From an uncultured Actinomycetes bacterium (GTDB lineage Bacteria > Actinomycetota > Thermoleophilia > Gaiellales > Gaiellaceae): a stretch of DNA of 64,000 bases. The stretch covers positions 135,773 to 199,772 of the forward strand of contig CAVXHM010000005.1 of NCBI GenBank assembly GCA_963761665.1, written 5' to 3'. Position 1 is the first letter of the stretch, and every line of letters starts with the position of its first letter. The notes below the pieces were generated by a model. It made no database searches. It worked only from the letters and a program-made list of their open reading frames with translations, and was not told where the DNA came from. Position numbers and translations under genes: made by a program. Shown piece by piece: positions 16,691-29,400 of the stretch.

Positions 16691-17282
16691 GAGCCCCCGC
16701 CGTCGCGACGAGCCGGTCCGCCTGACGCGGATCTACACGCGCGGCGGCGACCAGGGGGAGACGAGCCTCGGCGACGGCTCGCGCGTGTCGAAGCTCGACC
16801 CGCGCATCGCGGCGTACGGCGCGGTCGACGAGCTCAACTCGCAGCTCGGCGTCGTGCTCGCCGGTGAGCTTCCGCAGCCGTTGCGGGCCTCGCTCGAGCG
16901 CGTGCAGAACGAGCTGTTCGACCTCGGCGCCGACCTCTCCGTCCCGTTCGCCGGCGAGGACGGGAAGCTGCGTGTGACGCAGGAGGTGATCGACGGCCTC
17001 GAGCGTCTCTGCGACGAGCTGAACGGGCCGCTGCCCGAGCTGACCAGCTTCGTGCTGCCCGGCGGCACCGACGCGGCTGCAAGGCTGCACGTCGCGCGCA
17101 CCGTGGCCCGCCGTGCCGAGCGGGACGCCCTCGCCGCCGACGAAGCGCACGGCGTCAACCCGCTCGCGTTGGTCTATCTGAACCGAGTGTCCGACCTGCT
17201 CTTCATCGCCGCGAGGTCGGCGAACCAGCTGGTTGGAGAGAAGGAGCCGCTCTGGCAGCCCGGCAAGAAGGCCGGAGGCTAA
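16689..17282 (+). CDS. PduO-type ATP:cob(I)alamin adenosyltransferase
   Basis: MSPRRRDEPVRLTRIYTRGGDQGETSLGDGSRVSKLDPRIAAYGAVDELNSQLGV...SFVLPGG...LHVARTVARRAER...YLNRVSDLLFIAAR. Confidence 0.85.
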   Translation: MSPRRRDEPVRLTRIYTRGGDQGETSLGDGSRVSKLDPRIAAYGAVDELNSQLGVVLAGELPQPLRASLERVQNELFDLGADLSVPFAGEDGKLRVTQEVIDGLERLCDELNGPLPELTSFVLPGGTDAAARLHVARTVARRAERDALAADEAHGVNPLALVYLNRVSDLLFIAARSANQLVGEKEPLWQPGKKAGG

Positions 17283-17474
17283 CGCAGCCGAAGGCGCGTT
17301 AGACGGAGGCGAGCTCATGCGGCCGGGGATGACCGCAGGTCACCACCGGCCGCACGGGGAAGCGAACGCGCCCCGACCGCTCTGAGTGGAGCACGCTCCG
17401 CCGCGCGCAGCCGGGACCGCGCTCCCGGCGGAGCGCACACACCGCGCCGCCACGAGCGCGAAGAGGAGGGGGCC

Positions 17475-17499
17475 AACGGGGGAACCCCGTTCCCCCGTT
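17475..17499. terminator. perfect 11-bp-stem palindrome between convergent genes, overlapping the giant gene's stop codon
   Basis: AACGGGGGAAC-CCC-GTTCCCCCGTT. The TAA stop of the giant gene is at 17500-17498. There is no clear U-tract on either strand. Confidence 0.4.
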
Positions 17500-20400
17500 A
17501 CCTCCGCGCAGTTTGGGGATAGCGCGACGTCGCCGCGAGCTGCGAGACGGCCTTCACGATCTTCTTCGGGCTGGACTTCTTCGAGAGCACGACCGTTGCG
17601 CCGAACCGCTTCGCGCGCTTGAGCTGTGCCGGGTGGCTCGAGACCGCGATGATCTTCACCATCGGGAAGACGAGGTGCAGGTTGTGCACGAGCCGCACCC
17701 CGTACTGGTCAACGTCGACGACGATCACCTGGGGGCTCCGCTTCTTATCCGCCGTGAAGTTCCAGGCCGCCATGTCCGAGCCGGCCACGAGCCGTGCCAC
17801 CTGCTTCGTCCCGGCCGGCAGCTGCGGGAGACCGGTGCCGGCCATGACCACGTACACCGGCTTCTTCGACTTGGGCAGCAGGGTGTGGATCGACTTGACG
17901 ATCTGCAGGCCGAAGGTGCGGTGGAGGACGGTCGTCCCGGACACCGCGCTCCAGCGCAGCGAGTACCAGCCGACATGGCGCGCCTTCGCCGGCAGGTAGA
18001 GCTTCCGGATCCCGATGCCGGCGCGGAACGAGAAGTGCCAGGTCTTCAGCGCCTTGTGCTTCTTGTTCAGCAGCGTCACCGTGAACGTCGACGGGTTGTT
18101 CGAGGCGAAGCGGACGCCGATGAACTTGCGCTGGGCGAGCGGCAGCCGGCCGGTGCCGATCAGGCCGAAGCCCCACTTGGCCTGGACATTCGAGCCGGCG
18201 AGCTGGAGCGCGATGGCCGACCCGGGCGCCGCGAGGTTGATGCCGACCGGGCCGACGACGGTGCCGTCGGGCGCGGTCGAGCCGGTCACGGTGATGTCGC
18301 CGACGGTGAACCCGGCCGCCAGGAGGGCCGCGCGGGCGGCGCTGAGGCTGAGGCCGGCGATGCTCGGCACGAGCTTCACCGTCGCGGGCGCGCTCGTGGC
18401 GCCGCTCGTGTCGACCTCGACGATCGAGTACGTGTGCGCGTCGTTCGGGTCGTACGGGCCGACGGTGTACTGCGTCTGGTTGCCGCCGAGGTTGGCGACC
18501 GGCTTGCCGTCGACGAAGAAGACGTAGTTCGCGACCGGGTCGCTGTTCCCCGGAGCCCAGTACAGCGTCAGGTTGCCGCCGTTGGCGGAGGCGGTGACGT
18601 TGCTCGGCGGCGCCGGCGACTGCGTGGCGGCGGTCAACGCGAACAGCGAGAGATGGCGCGTGAGGATGTGCAGCGTGCCGCCGGAGACGTAGTAGCCGTC
18701 CGTCCAGCCGGCCGGGAGCACGCCCGCGGTCGGGACTGCCTGGATCAGCCGCCACGACGTTCCGTCGTAGGTCGCGGCGGTGCTGCCGCCGTTGGCGCCG
18801 TCGATCTGGATATCGAGCGGCTGCACGAAGGAGTGCACCAGGCCGCCGGCCAGCGCCCAGTACGCGCTCGCGTCGACGACGGAGGTGAGTGCCATCGGCG
18901 CCGCCGGCGCTGCAGAGGGCTGCTCCGGCTGGACGCGGATGACGAGCCAGTCACCGGGGTTCCCGCCCGTCCAGGCGTTCGCCGGCATCGTCATGCTCGA
19001 GTCGGCGTCGGCCGAGTCGACCGTCGTCGAGTGCGCCAGCGACGCGTTCTTCTCCACGTACGGGGTCGTGCCCGGGCCGGAGGTGAAGACGGTGAAGTGG
19101 AGGAGGAACGGCGTCTGCTTGCCGACGGCGTCGGTCAGCGTGCCCGCGAGCGTGTGCGGGCCGGCCGACAGGGCGCCGGTGGCGTAGTCGACGTGCGTGC
19201 CGGTGATCGTCGGGGCGACGGTCGGGTTCCCGTCGAGCGTGACGCCGCTCAGCGTGACGTCCTCGCTCGTGTCGAACGCGATCGAGCTGGCGCTCGTGGT
19301 CACGGCGCCGTCCGTCGGGACGGAGGAGACGATGGACGGTGCGGTGTTGTCGATCCGGACGCCCGCGCGGACGCTCGTGCCCTGGTTGCCCAGGCCGTCG
19401 ATCGCCAGCGCGCGGATGTCGTAGAGGCCGTCGGACTCGGTGGTCGTGTCGAAGCTGGCGCTCCACGGGGAAGCGTGGTCGACGGAGATCGTCTGCCAGG
19501 TGTTCGCGCCGGCCGGGCTGACCTCGAAGGTGACGGAGACCGCAGCGGGGCCGCTCGTCGACGCCGTCAGCGGGACGGTGCCGGAGATGCCGGTGCCCGG
19601 ATCGGTCAGGACGACGGTCGGTGCGGTCGAGTCGACGTGGACGGTGACGGGCGCCGTCGTCTTGACGTTGCCGGCGTTGTCGGTGATCACGAGCCGCAGG
19701 TCGTAGTCGGCGGTCGGCACGGCCGACGCGTCCCAGTTGGTCTGGTACGGAGCGGAGCCGACCGTGGCGATCGACGTCCAGCTGTTCGTCCCGGTCGGCG
19801 CGTACTCGAACTGGACGCCGGCCACGCCGGAGCCGCCGTCGGAGGCGGTTGCGGCGAGCGGCGCGCTCGGGCCGCCGATGGTCTGGCCGGCGAGCGGCGA
19901 CGTCAGCGAGCCGGTCGGGTTCGTGTTGTCGACGACGACGGTGACGATCGGGCTCGTGCCGGTGTGGCCGGCCTGGTCGGTCGCGATCGCGTGCAGCTCG
20001 TAGGTGCCGTCCGTGAGGAGGTTCGTGTTGAAGGCGGTGCTGAACGGCGGGCCGACCGTCGCGATCGTCGTCCACGAGGAGCCGCCCTGCAGGCGGTACT
20101 CGAACTCGACCGTGGCCGTGTCCGCATCCGAGGTGGCGGAGATCGTCGGCGTGCCGGAGACGGCGGCGCCCGGGTTGTTCAGGGTCGGCGTGGGAGCGTG
20201 GTTGTCCACGTTCACCGTCACCGCCGCGGACGTCGTCGAGTTGCCGGCCGGGTCGGTGGCGCGCACCTGGATCGAGACCGGGCCGTCGCCGACCGAGGTC
20301 GAATCCCAGGTGGCGCTCGGGGACGCGCCGCTGGCGACGACGGAGCCGTTGACGAGGAAGTCGTACGTGAGCGGGTTCGCGTCGGAGGCGCTCGCGGTGA

Positions 20401-23400
20401 TGCCGACGCTGCTGCCGCCGACGAAGGAGCCGCCGGCGGGCGAGCCGACCGCCGCCGTCGGGGCGGTGTTGTCGACGACCACGACGCCCGCGCCGCCCGG
20501 GTGCAGGTCGATGGTCGAGACGTTGCTCGCGTTGTCGGTGATCACGGCCTGGAGGTGATAGGCGCCGTCGCCCGCAGCCGTCGTATCCCAGCTGGTCGAG
20601 TAGGTGCCGGCGCTGCCGGTCGTGTCGGTGCCGATGGTCGTCCACGTGACGCCGTCCGGCGAGTACTGGAAGGCGACCGAGGCGATGCCGGACAGCGAGG
20701 TCGGCGTCGCGGACAGCGTCACCGTGCCGCGGTAGTAGTCGGCGGCGGTGCAGCTCGGGCAGGCCGGCGGCGTCGCGTCGATCTGGACGACGACGGAGTG
20801 CTGCGTCTCGACGTTGCCGGCGTTGTCGACCGACTGGAACGTGATCGTGTGCGAGCCGTCGTTCGAGCCGTTGGACGGTGCCGGGATCAGCACCGAGGTG
20901 CCGTGCTGGGTCGGGCCGTTGTCGATGCTGTAGAGCGTGTCGCTGACGCCCGAGCCGGAGTCGGTCGGGGTGAGGGTGACGGTGACGTCGGTCGACGAGA
21001 AGCCGGGCGGGACGCCCGAGGCGGTCGTGACCGGCGGCGTGTTGTCGACGCGGCGGGCGGTCACGACGCTCGGCGTGCTGACGTTGCCGGCCGCGTCGGT
21101 GACGGTCGCGCGGACGTCGTACAGGCCGTCGGTGACGCCCGTCGTGTTCCAGCTGGCGCCCACCGGCTGCCAGGTCGCGCCGCCGTCGCCGGAGATCTCG
21201 TAGCTCGTCGAGACGATGCCGGAGGCGTTCGCGCCCGGATCGTTCGTACCGGCGGGGTTGGTCGCGAGCAGCACCGTGCCGCGGAGGTTCGCACCCGGAT
21301 CGACGATCTGGACGACCGGCGGAGTGTTGTCGACGAGACGGTTCGTCACCACGGTCGAGGCGGTCTGGTTGCCGGCGACGTCGTAGGCGACCGTGCGGAA
21401 GTCGTAGTGGCCGTCGGTCAGCGTCGTCGTGTCGAACGACGCGGAGTACGCGGGGCCGGTCGAGGTGCCGACCGTCGACCACGTGTTCGCGCCGGCCGGG
21501 GAGACCTGGAAGTCGACGTTGCCGACGCCGGAGCCGGGCTGGTTCTGCGGGTCGAGCGGATCCGCGGCGGTGCCCGTCAGGTTGACCGTGGCGCGCAGGT
21601 ACTGGCCCGGATCGTCCTGCGACGTGACCGGAGGCGTGTTGTCGATCTTCACGTTCGCGACCAGCGGCGACGTCGTCGTGTTGCCGGCGAAGTCGGTCAC
21701 GAGCACCTGCATCTGGTAGATGCCGTCGGTCACAGCGGTGGTGTCCCAGGCCGCCGGGTTGGCGATCGTCGCCCACGTGATGCCGTCGGCCGAGTACTGG
21801 TACGTAATCGTGGCGGGATCGACGCCGGAGGCGTAGCCGTTCGTGGTCGGGTCGCCGGTGGTGGAGGACAGCGCGACCGTGCCGCGGATGGCGTGCGCCG
21901 CGTTCGCCGCCGCCGGATCGGTCAGCGTCGCCGTCGGCGCGGTGTTGTCCTCGTGCCACGTCCAGCTGGCGGGCGACGCGTCGACGTTGCCGGCGAGGTC
22001 GACGGCGCGGATCTGCAGCGTGTGGCTGCCGTCGATCGGCGTGACCGCGAGGCTGTACGGGCTGGCGCAGGTCGTCCAGCCGCCGCCGTCGAGGTTGCAC
22101 TCGATCTTCTGCGTCGCCTCGCTCGCCGAGAAGGTGAAGGTCGGGTGCGCGTCGTTCGTCGGGTCGCCCGGCTTGGTCAGGATCGTCGTGTCGGGCGCCG
22201 TCCGGTCGACGGTCACGGCCGCGATCGAGCTGCTGGTGTGGCCGACGAAGTCGCCGGCGACGGCCTCGATCCAGTAGGTGCCGTCCGCCGGGATCGTCCA
22301 GGCGGTGCTGTAGACGCCGGCCGAGCCGGTCGAGTCGGTGCCGAGGTGGGTCGGCGAGCTCGAGCACGTGGCGTCGGTGCACTCGTAGAAGTCGACCTGC
22401 TGGACGCCGGTGCCCGCGTCGGCCGCGTTCGCCTTCACGGTGTACGGGTCGTTGTCGCTGGCGTTGACGTAGCCGCCGTCGACCGGCGCGGTGACGCTCA
22501 CCGTCGGCGCGTGGTTGTCCACGGTCACGTTCGTGACCGGCGTGGCGACGGTGACGTTGCCCGCCCAGTCGGTGGCGGTGGCGCGGATGTCGTACTGGCC
22601 GTCGGCGACCGCGTCCGGGCCTGTCTTCGTGTTCCAGGTCGCGGGCACGGTCTGCCAGCTCGTCGTGCCGTGCGGCGCGACTTCCCAGACGACCGCCGGG
22701 CTCGGGTCGGCGTCGACGATCGTCGCGGTGAGCGAGACGGTGTTGGCGATGCCGCCGTTGCTGAGCGGGCTGGTGATCGTGACCGACGGCGGGGTGTTGT
22801 CGATCCGGACGTTCGTGATCGGCGAGGACGACGCGGAGTTGCCGGCGTTGTCGACCGCGACCACGTGGAGGTCGTAGAGGCCGTCGGCGACCGCGTCGGG
22901 ACCGGTCTGCGTGTTCCAGGTCGAGGACGAGATCGGCGTCCACGGGCCGCCGCTGCCGGCGGTCGAGTACTCGAAGGTGGTGCTGGCGACGCCGGTGCCG
23001 CCGATGTCGGTCGACGTCGAGTTGAGCGAGATGGTGCCGCTCAGGTGGCTGCCGGGGTTGTTCATGCCCGCCGATGGCGGCACGGTGTCGATCGTCCACG
23101 AGTAGGCGGCCGGGGACGGGTCGACGTTGCCGGCGACATCGGTGGCGCGGACGTGGAACGTGTGCGGGCCCTCGCCGAGGGTCGGCAGCGTCAGCGGCGA
23201 GGCGCAGGCGCTGTAGCCGGCGCCGTCGAGCGAGCACTCGAAGGTGGAGCCGGCCTCGCTGGACGAGAAGCCGAAGGTCGGGGCGGCCACGTTGCTCGGG
23301 TTGGACGGCTTCGCGCCGATGCTCGTCGTCGGCGGGATCGTGTCGATCTGCACCGTCTGGGTGCCGACGGCGGTGATGTTGCCGACGTTGTCCTCGGCGA

Positions 23401-26400
23401 GCCACTCGATCGTGGTCGTGCCCTCGGTCGAGACGTTGAACGTGGCGGATGTGCCCGCGACCTCGGTGCCGTTGGTGACGACGTCGCTGCCGTTGATCGC
23501 CGGCGTGGAGCCGTCGGTGGTGTAGACGATGCGCTGGACGCCGGAGCCTGCGTCGGAGGCGTTGAGCGCGATCGAGACCGGGCTGCTCGTGTACCAGCCG
23601 GCCGAGCAGGCGGCGGAGTCGCAGCTGATCGACGCGGTCGGGTTCGTGCCGTCGGCCTGGGCGGTGAAGCCGGCGCCGCCGCTCGAGAGTCCGGCGTTGT
23701 TCTGCGCCGTGACCGAGCCGCTCTGCGTTCCGGCGCTGTTGTCGAAGGTGTAGAGACCGTTCGTGTTCGACCAGCCGGAGCCGAGCGACGGATACGTGTA
23801 GCCGGCGAGACCGGAGTCCGCGTCGGCCGAGCCGCTCGCGTTGACGGTGAAGCTGCCGGTTCCGCCGCCCTGGAAGAAGACGGTCGAGCCGGAGCCGGAG
23901 TAGTACGTGTGCGCGCCGCTCGTGAAGTTGAGCGTCGGCGCGTTCGGCGCGGTCGTGTCGAGCTCGACGGTCTGCGTCGAGATGGAGGAGACGTTGCCGA
24001 CGTTGTCCTCGGCGATCCACTTCACGGTGGTGGTGCCGAGGGCGACGATGTTGAAGTTGGCGACGGCCGCGTCGACCTCGGTGCCGTTGGTGACGAGGTC
24101 GCTGCCGTTGATCGCCGGCGCGGAGCCGTCGGTGGTGTAGACGATCCGCTCGACACCGGAGCCGCCGTCGCTGCCGCTGATGGACAGGGCAACCGGGCTG
24201 CTCGTGTACCAGCCGGCCGAGCAGGCGACGGTGTTGCAGGTGACGGAGCTGGTCGGTGCGGTCGAGTCGGCCTGCGCGGTGAAGCTCGTGCCGGAGCCGG
24301 CGAGCCCGGCGTTGTTCTCCGCGGTGACCGAGCCGGACTGCGTACCCGCGGTTCCGTCGAAGCTGTACGCGCCGCCGGTGTTCGTCCAGCCGGTGCCGAG
24401 CGACGGGTAGTCGTAGCCGGAGACGCCCGACTCGGGATCGGTCGAGCCGCTCGCGGCGACGGTGAAGCCGCCGGAGACGCCGCCCTGGAAGAACACGGTC
24501 GAGCCGCTGCCGGGCCAGTACGCATGGCTCGGGGAGGAGAAGGTGAAGCCGGTCGGCGCGGTCGGCGCGCTGCCGTCGATCTGCAGCGTGATCGACTGCA
24601 CGCCCGACGCGTTGCCGAGGTCGTCGACGGCGAACCACTTGATCGTCTCCGGGGTGGAGAGCTGGAACGACGCGGTCGAGGCGTTCACCGTGGTCGCGGT
24701 GCCGCTTGTGGTCGGGTCGGAGCCGTCGGTGGTGTAGACGACCTTCTTCACGCCCGAGCCCGAGCCGTCGTTGCCCGTGATGTCGATGTTCACCGGGACG
24801 CTCGTGATCCAGCCGGAGCCGCACGGGTTGCTGTCGCAGGTGATCGAGCTCGTCGGCGCGCTCCCGTCGACCCGGGCGGTGAAGCCCGTGCCGGTGCTGG
24901 AGAGTCCGGCGTTGTTCTGCGCCGTGACCGAGCCGCTCTGCGTCGTCGCGGAGCTGCTGAAGGTGTAGACGCCGCCGGTGTTGGCGAAGCCGCCGCCGAG
25001 GCTCGGATATGTGTAGCCCGCGATGCCGGACTCGCCGTCGGTCGAGCCGGAGCCGCCGACGGTGAAGCCGCCGCTCGCGCCGCTCTCGACGAAGACGGTC
25101 GAGCCGCTGCCCGGGTAGTACGCGTTGGTCAGGCCGGAGAAGCCGAGCGTCGGCGCGGTCGGGGCGGTGGTGTCGAGCTCGACCGTCTGGCTGCTGACGC
25201 TGCTGATGTTGCCGACGTTGTCCTCGGCGATCCACTTGACCGTGGTCGTCCCGAGCGAGCTGACATTGAAGCTGGCGGATCCGCCGGCGACTTCCGTGCC
25301 GTTGGTGACGGTGTCGCTGCCGTTGATCGTGGGTGCGCTGCCGTCGGTGGTGTAGACGATGCGCTCGACGCCGGCGGCTCCGTCGTTGGCCGTGATGGAC
25401 ATCGAGACCGGGCTGGAGGTGTACCAGCCCGCGCTGCAGGCGGCGCTGTCGCAGCTGATCGAGCTGGTCGGCGCGGAGCCGTCGGCCTGGGCGGTGAAGC
25501 TCGTGCCCGTGCTGGAGAGTCCGGCGTTGTTCTGCGCGGTGACGGCGCCGCTCTGCGTTCCGGCGGTGTTGTCGAAGGTGTAGGCGCCGTTCGCGTGCGA
25601 CCAGCCGCTGCCGAGACCCGGGTACGTGTAGCCGGCGACGCCGGAGTCGCCGTCGGTCGAGCCGTTGGCCGCGACGGTGAAGCCGCCGGTGCCGCCGTTC
25701 TGGAAGTAGACGGTCGAGCCGCTGCCCGGGTAGTAGGCCTCGGTCGTGCCGGAGAAGGAGAAGCCGGTGGGCGCGGTCGGCGCGGTCGTGTCGAGCTCGA
25801 CCGTCTGGCTGCTGACGCTGCTGATGTTGCCGACGTTGTCCTCGGCGATCCAGCGGACCGTCGTCGTCCCGTCGCTCGTCACGTTCAGGCTCGCGTTCGC
25901 ACCGGCGACCTCGGTGCCGTTGGTGACGACGTCGCTGCCGTTGATCGCCGGCGCGGATCCGTTGGTGGTGTAGACGATGCGCTCGACACCGGCGCCCGCG
26001 TCGCTCCCTGTGATGGACATGGCGACGGGCGAGCTGGTGTACCAGCCGGCCGAGCAGGCGGCGGTGTTGCAGGTGACGGAGCTGGTCGGCGCCGAGGAGT
26101 CGACCTGGGCGGTGAAGCTGGTGCCGGCGCTGTCGAGTCCGGCGTTGTTCTGCGCGGTGACGGAGCCGGTCTGCGTGCCCGCCGTGCTGTCGAACGTGTA
26201 GCCGCCGCCGGTGTTCGACCAGCCGCTGCCGAGGCCGGGGTAGGTGTAGCCGGCGAGGCCGGACTGCAGGTCGGTCGAGCCGCTCGCGGTGACGGTGAAG
26301 CCGCCGGAGCCGCCGCCCTGGAAGAACACGGTCGAGCCGGCGCCCGAGTAGTAGGCGTTGCCGAAGCCGGAGTAGGAGAGGCTCGGTGCGTTGGGCGCGG

Positions 26401-29400
26401 TGGTGTCCAGCTTGACCGTCTGGCTGCTGACGCTGCTGATGTTGCCGACGTTGTCCTCGGCGATCCACTTGACGGTGGTGGTGCCGAGGGTGGTGATGTT
26501 GAAGCTGGCGCTGTTGCCGGCGACTTCGGTGCCGTTGGTGACGGTGTCGCTGCCGTTGATCGTCGGGTCGGAGCCGTCGGTGGTGTAGACGATGCGCTCG
26601 ACGCCCGAGCTGCCGTCGGAGCCGCTGATCGCGATCGCGACGGGCGAGCTGGTGTACCAGCCGGCGCTGCAGGCGGCGGTGTTGCAGGTGACGGAGCTGG
26701 TCGGTGCGGAGCCGTCGGCCTGGGCGGTGAAGCTGGTGCCGGAGCTGGAGAGTCCGGCGTTGTTCTGGGCGGTGACCGAGCCGCTCTGGGTGCCGGCGGT
26801 GCTGTCGTAGGTGTAGGCGCCGCCCGTGTTCGACCAGCCGCTGCCGAGGCCCGGGTAGGTGTAGCCGGCGACGCCCGATTCACCGTCGGCCGAGCCGCTC
26901 GCCGCGACGGTGAAGCCGCCCGAGCCGCCGCTCTGGAAGTAGACCGTCGTCCCCGAGCCGGGCCAGTACGCATGGCTCGGCGAGGAGAAGGTGAAGCCGG
27001 TCGGCGCCGACGGAGCGGTCGTGTCGAGCTTGACCGTCTGGCTGGAGACGCTGCTGACGTTGCCGACGTTGTCCTCGGCGATCCACTTGACCGTGGTGGT
27101 GCCGAGCGTGGAGATGTTGAAGGTGGCGCTGTTGCCGGCGACTTCGGTGCCGTTGGTGACGGTGTCGCTGCCGTTGATCGTCGGTGCGCTGCCGTCGGTG
27201 GTGTAGACGATGCGCTCGACGCCGGCGCCTGCGTCGCTGCCGGTGATGGCGATCGAGACCGGGCTGGTGGTGTACCAGCCGGCCGAGCAGGCGGCCGTGT
27301 CGCAGGTGACCGAGCTGGTCGGCGCGGCCGAGTCGGACTGGGCGGTGAAGCTCGTGCCGCTGCCGGTGTTGCCGGCGTTGTCCTGCGCCGTGACGGAGCC
27401 GCTCTGCGTGCCGGCCGAGCCGGTGAAGGTGTAGGCGCCGCCCGTGTTCGACCAGCCGCTGCCGAGGCCCGGGTAGGTGTAGCCGGCGACGCCCGACGTC
27501 GCGTCGGCCGAGCCGCTCGCTGCGACGGTGAAGCCGCCCGAGCCGCCGCCCTGGAAGTACACGGTCGAGCCGGAGCCGGGCCAGTAGGCATGGCTCGGCG
27601 ACGAGAACGTGAACCCGGTCGGCGCGGTCGGCGGCGTCGTGTCGAGCTCGACGATCTGGCTGGATACGCCGCTGATGTTGCCGACGTTGTCCTCGGCGAT
27701 CCACTTGACCGTCGTCGTCCCGTCGCTGCTGACGTTCAGGCTGGCGGTGGCTCCGGCGACCTCGGTGCCGTTGGTGACCGCGTCGCTGCCGTTGATCGTC
27801 GGTGCGCTGCCGTCGGTGGTGTAGACGATCCGCTCGACGCCGGCGCCCGCGTCGCTACCGGTGATGGAGACCGAGACGGGGGAGACGGTGTACCAGCCGG
27901 CTGAGCAGGCGATCGAGTTGCAGGTGACCGAGCTGGTCGGGGCCGAGGAGTCGGACTGGGCGGTGAAGCTCGTGCCGCTGCCGGTGTTGCCGGCGTTGTC
28001 CGTGGCCGTGACCGAGCCGCTCTGCGTCGCGGCGGAGCTGTTGTAGCTGTAGACGCCGCCCGTGTTGAGCCAGCCGGTGCCGAGCGCCGGGAAGGTGTAG
28101 CCGCCGACGCCGGACTGCGAGTCGGTCGAGCCGGAGGCCGCAACGGTGAAGCCGCCGGAGCCGCCGCTCTGGAAGTAGACGGTCGAGCCGGAGCCGGGCC
28201 AGTAGGCGTGGTTGGTGGCGGAGAAGGCGAAGCCGGTCGGCGCGGTCGGCGGCGTCGTGTCGATCTGGATCGTCGTCGACTGCACCGACGAGGCGTTGCC
28301 GACGTTGTCGGTGCTGAACCACTCGATCGTCTCGGCAGAGGAGATCGGGAACGAGGTCGACGCGGCGTTCACCGTCGTCGCGGTGCCGCTCGTCGTCGGG
28401 TCGCTGCCGTCGGTCGTGTACGTGATCGAAGCGACGCCCGAGCCGGCGCCGTCGTCGGCGACGATGCCGATCGTGACCGGGATGCTGTTCGTCCAGCCGC
28501 CCGGGCACGCGCTGCCGTCGCAGGTGAGCGAGCTGGTCGGTGCGGCCGAGTCGGACTGGGCGGTGAAGCTGGTGCCGGAGCTGGAGAGGCCGGCGTTGTT
28601 CTGCGCGGTGACGGAGCCGCTCTGCGTTCCGGCGGAGCCGGTGAAGGTGTAGGCGCCGTTGGTGTTCGACCAGCCGGTGCCGAGGCCCGGGTAGGTGTAG
28701 CCGGCGACGCCGGACTCGCCGTCGGTGGAGCCGGAGGCCGTGACGGTGAAGCCGCCGGCGACGCCGCCCTGGAAGAAGATCGTCGCGCCGGAGCCGGGGT
28801 AGTACGCGTGCGTCGGACTCGAGAACGAGAAGCCGGTCGGTGCGGTCGGGGCGGTGGTGTCGAGCTTGACCGTCTGGCTGCTGACGCTGCTGATGTTGCC
28901 CACGTTGTCCTCGACGATCCACTTGACCGTGTTCGTGCCGAGGGTCGAGATGTTGAAGCTCGCGGAGCTCGCGTCGACTTCGGTGCCGTTCGTGACCGCG
29001 TCGCTGCCGTTGATCGTGGGTGCGCTGCCGTCGGTGGTGTAGACGATGCGCTCGACGCCGGAGGCTCCGTCACTGCCTGTGATGGACATGGCAACCGGCG
29101 ACGTCGTGTACCAGCCCGCGCTGCAGGCGATCGTGTTGCAGGTGACGGAGCTCGTCGGCGCGGCTGCGTCGGACTGGGCGGTGAAGCTGGTGCCGGAGCT
29201 GGAGAGCCCGGCGTTGTTCTGCGCGGTGACGGAGCCGCTCTGGGTTCCGGCGCTGTTGTCGAAGGTGTAGTTGCCGTTGCTGCCGGACCAGCCGCCGCCG
29301 AGTGCCGGGTAGGTGTAGCCCGCGACGCCGGAGTCCACGTCGGTGGAGCCGTTGGCCGCGACGGTGAAGCCGCCGGACCCGCCGCCCTGGAAGTAGACGG

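Noticed and set aside
17283-17497. The 215-bp spacer after the adenosyltransferase gene (small ORF 17386..17622; GC-rich hairpin 17394-17435), considered as a possible sRNA or small gene.
   Set aside because: The ORF translation is Arg/Ala/Pro-rich with no start context, and it overlaps the giant gene's 3' end. Apart from hairpins, nothing supports an RNA gene.
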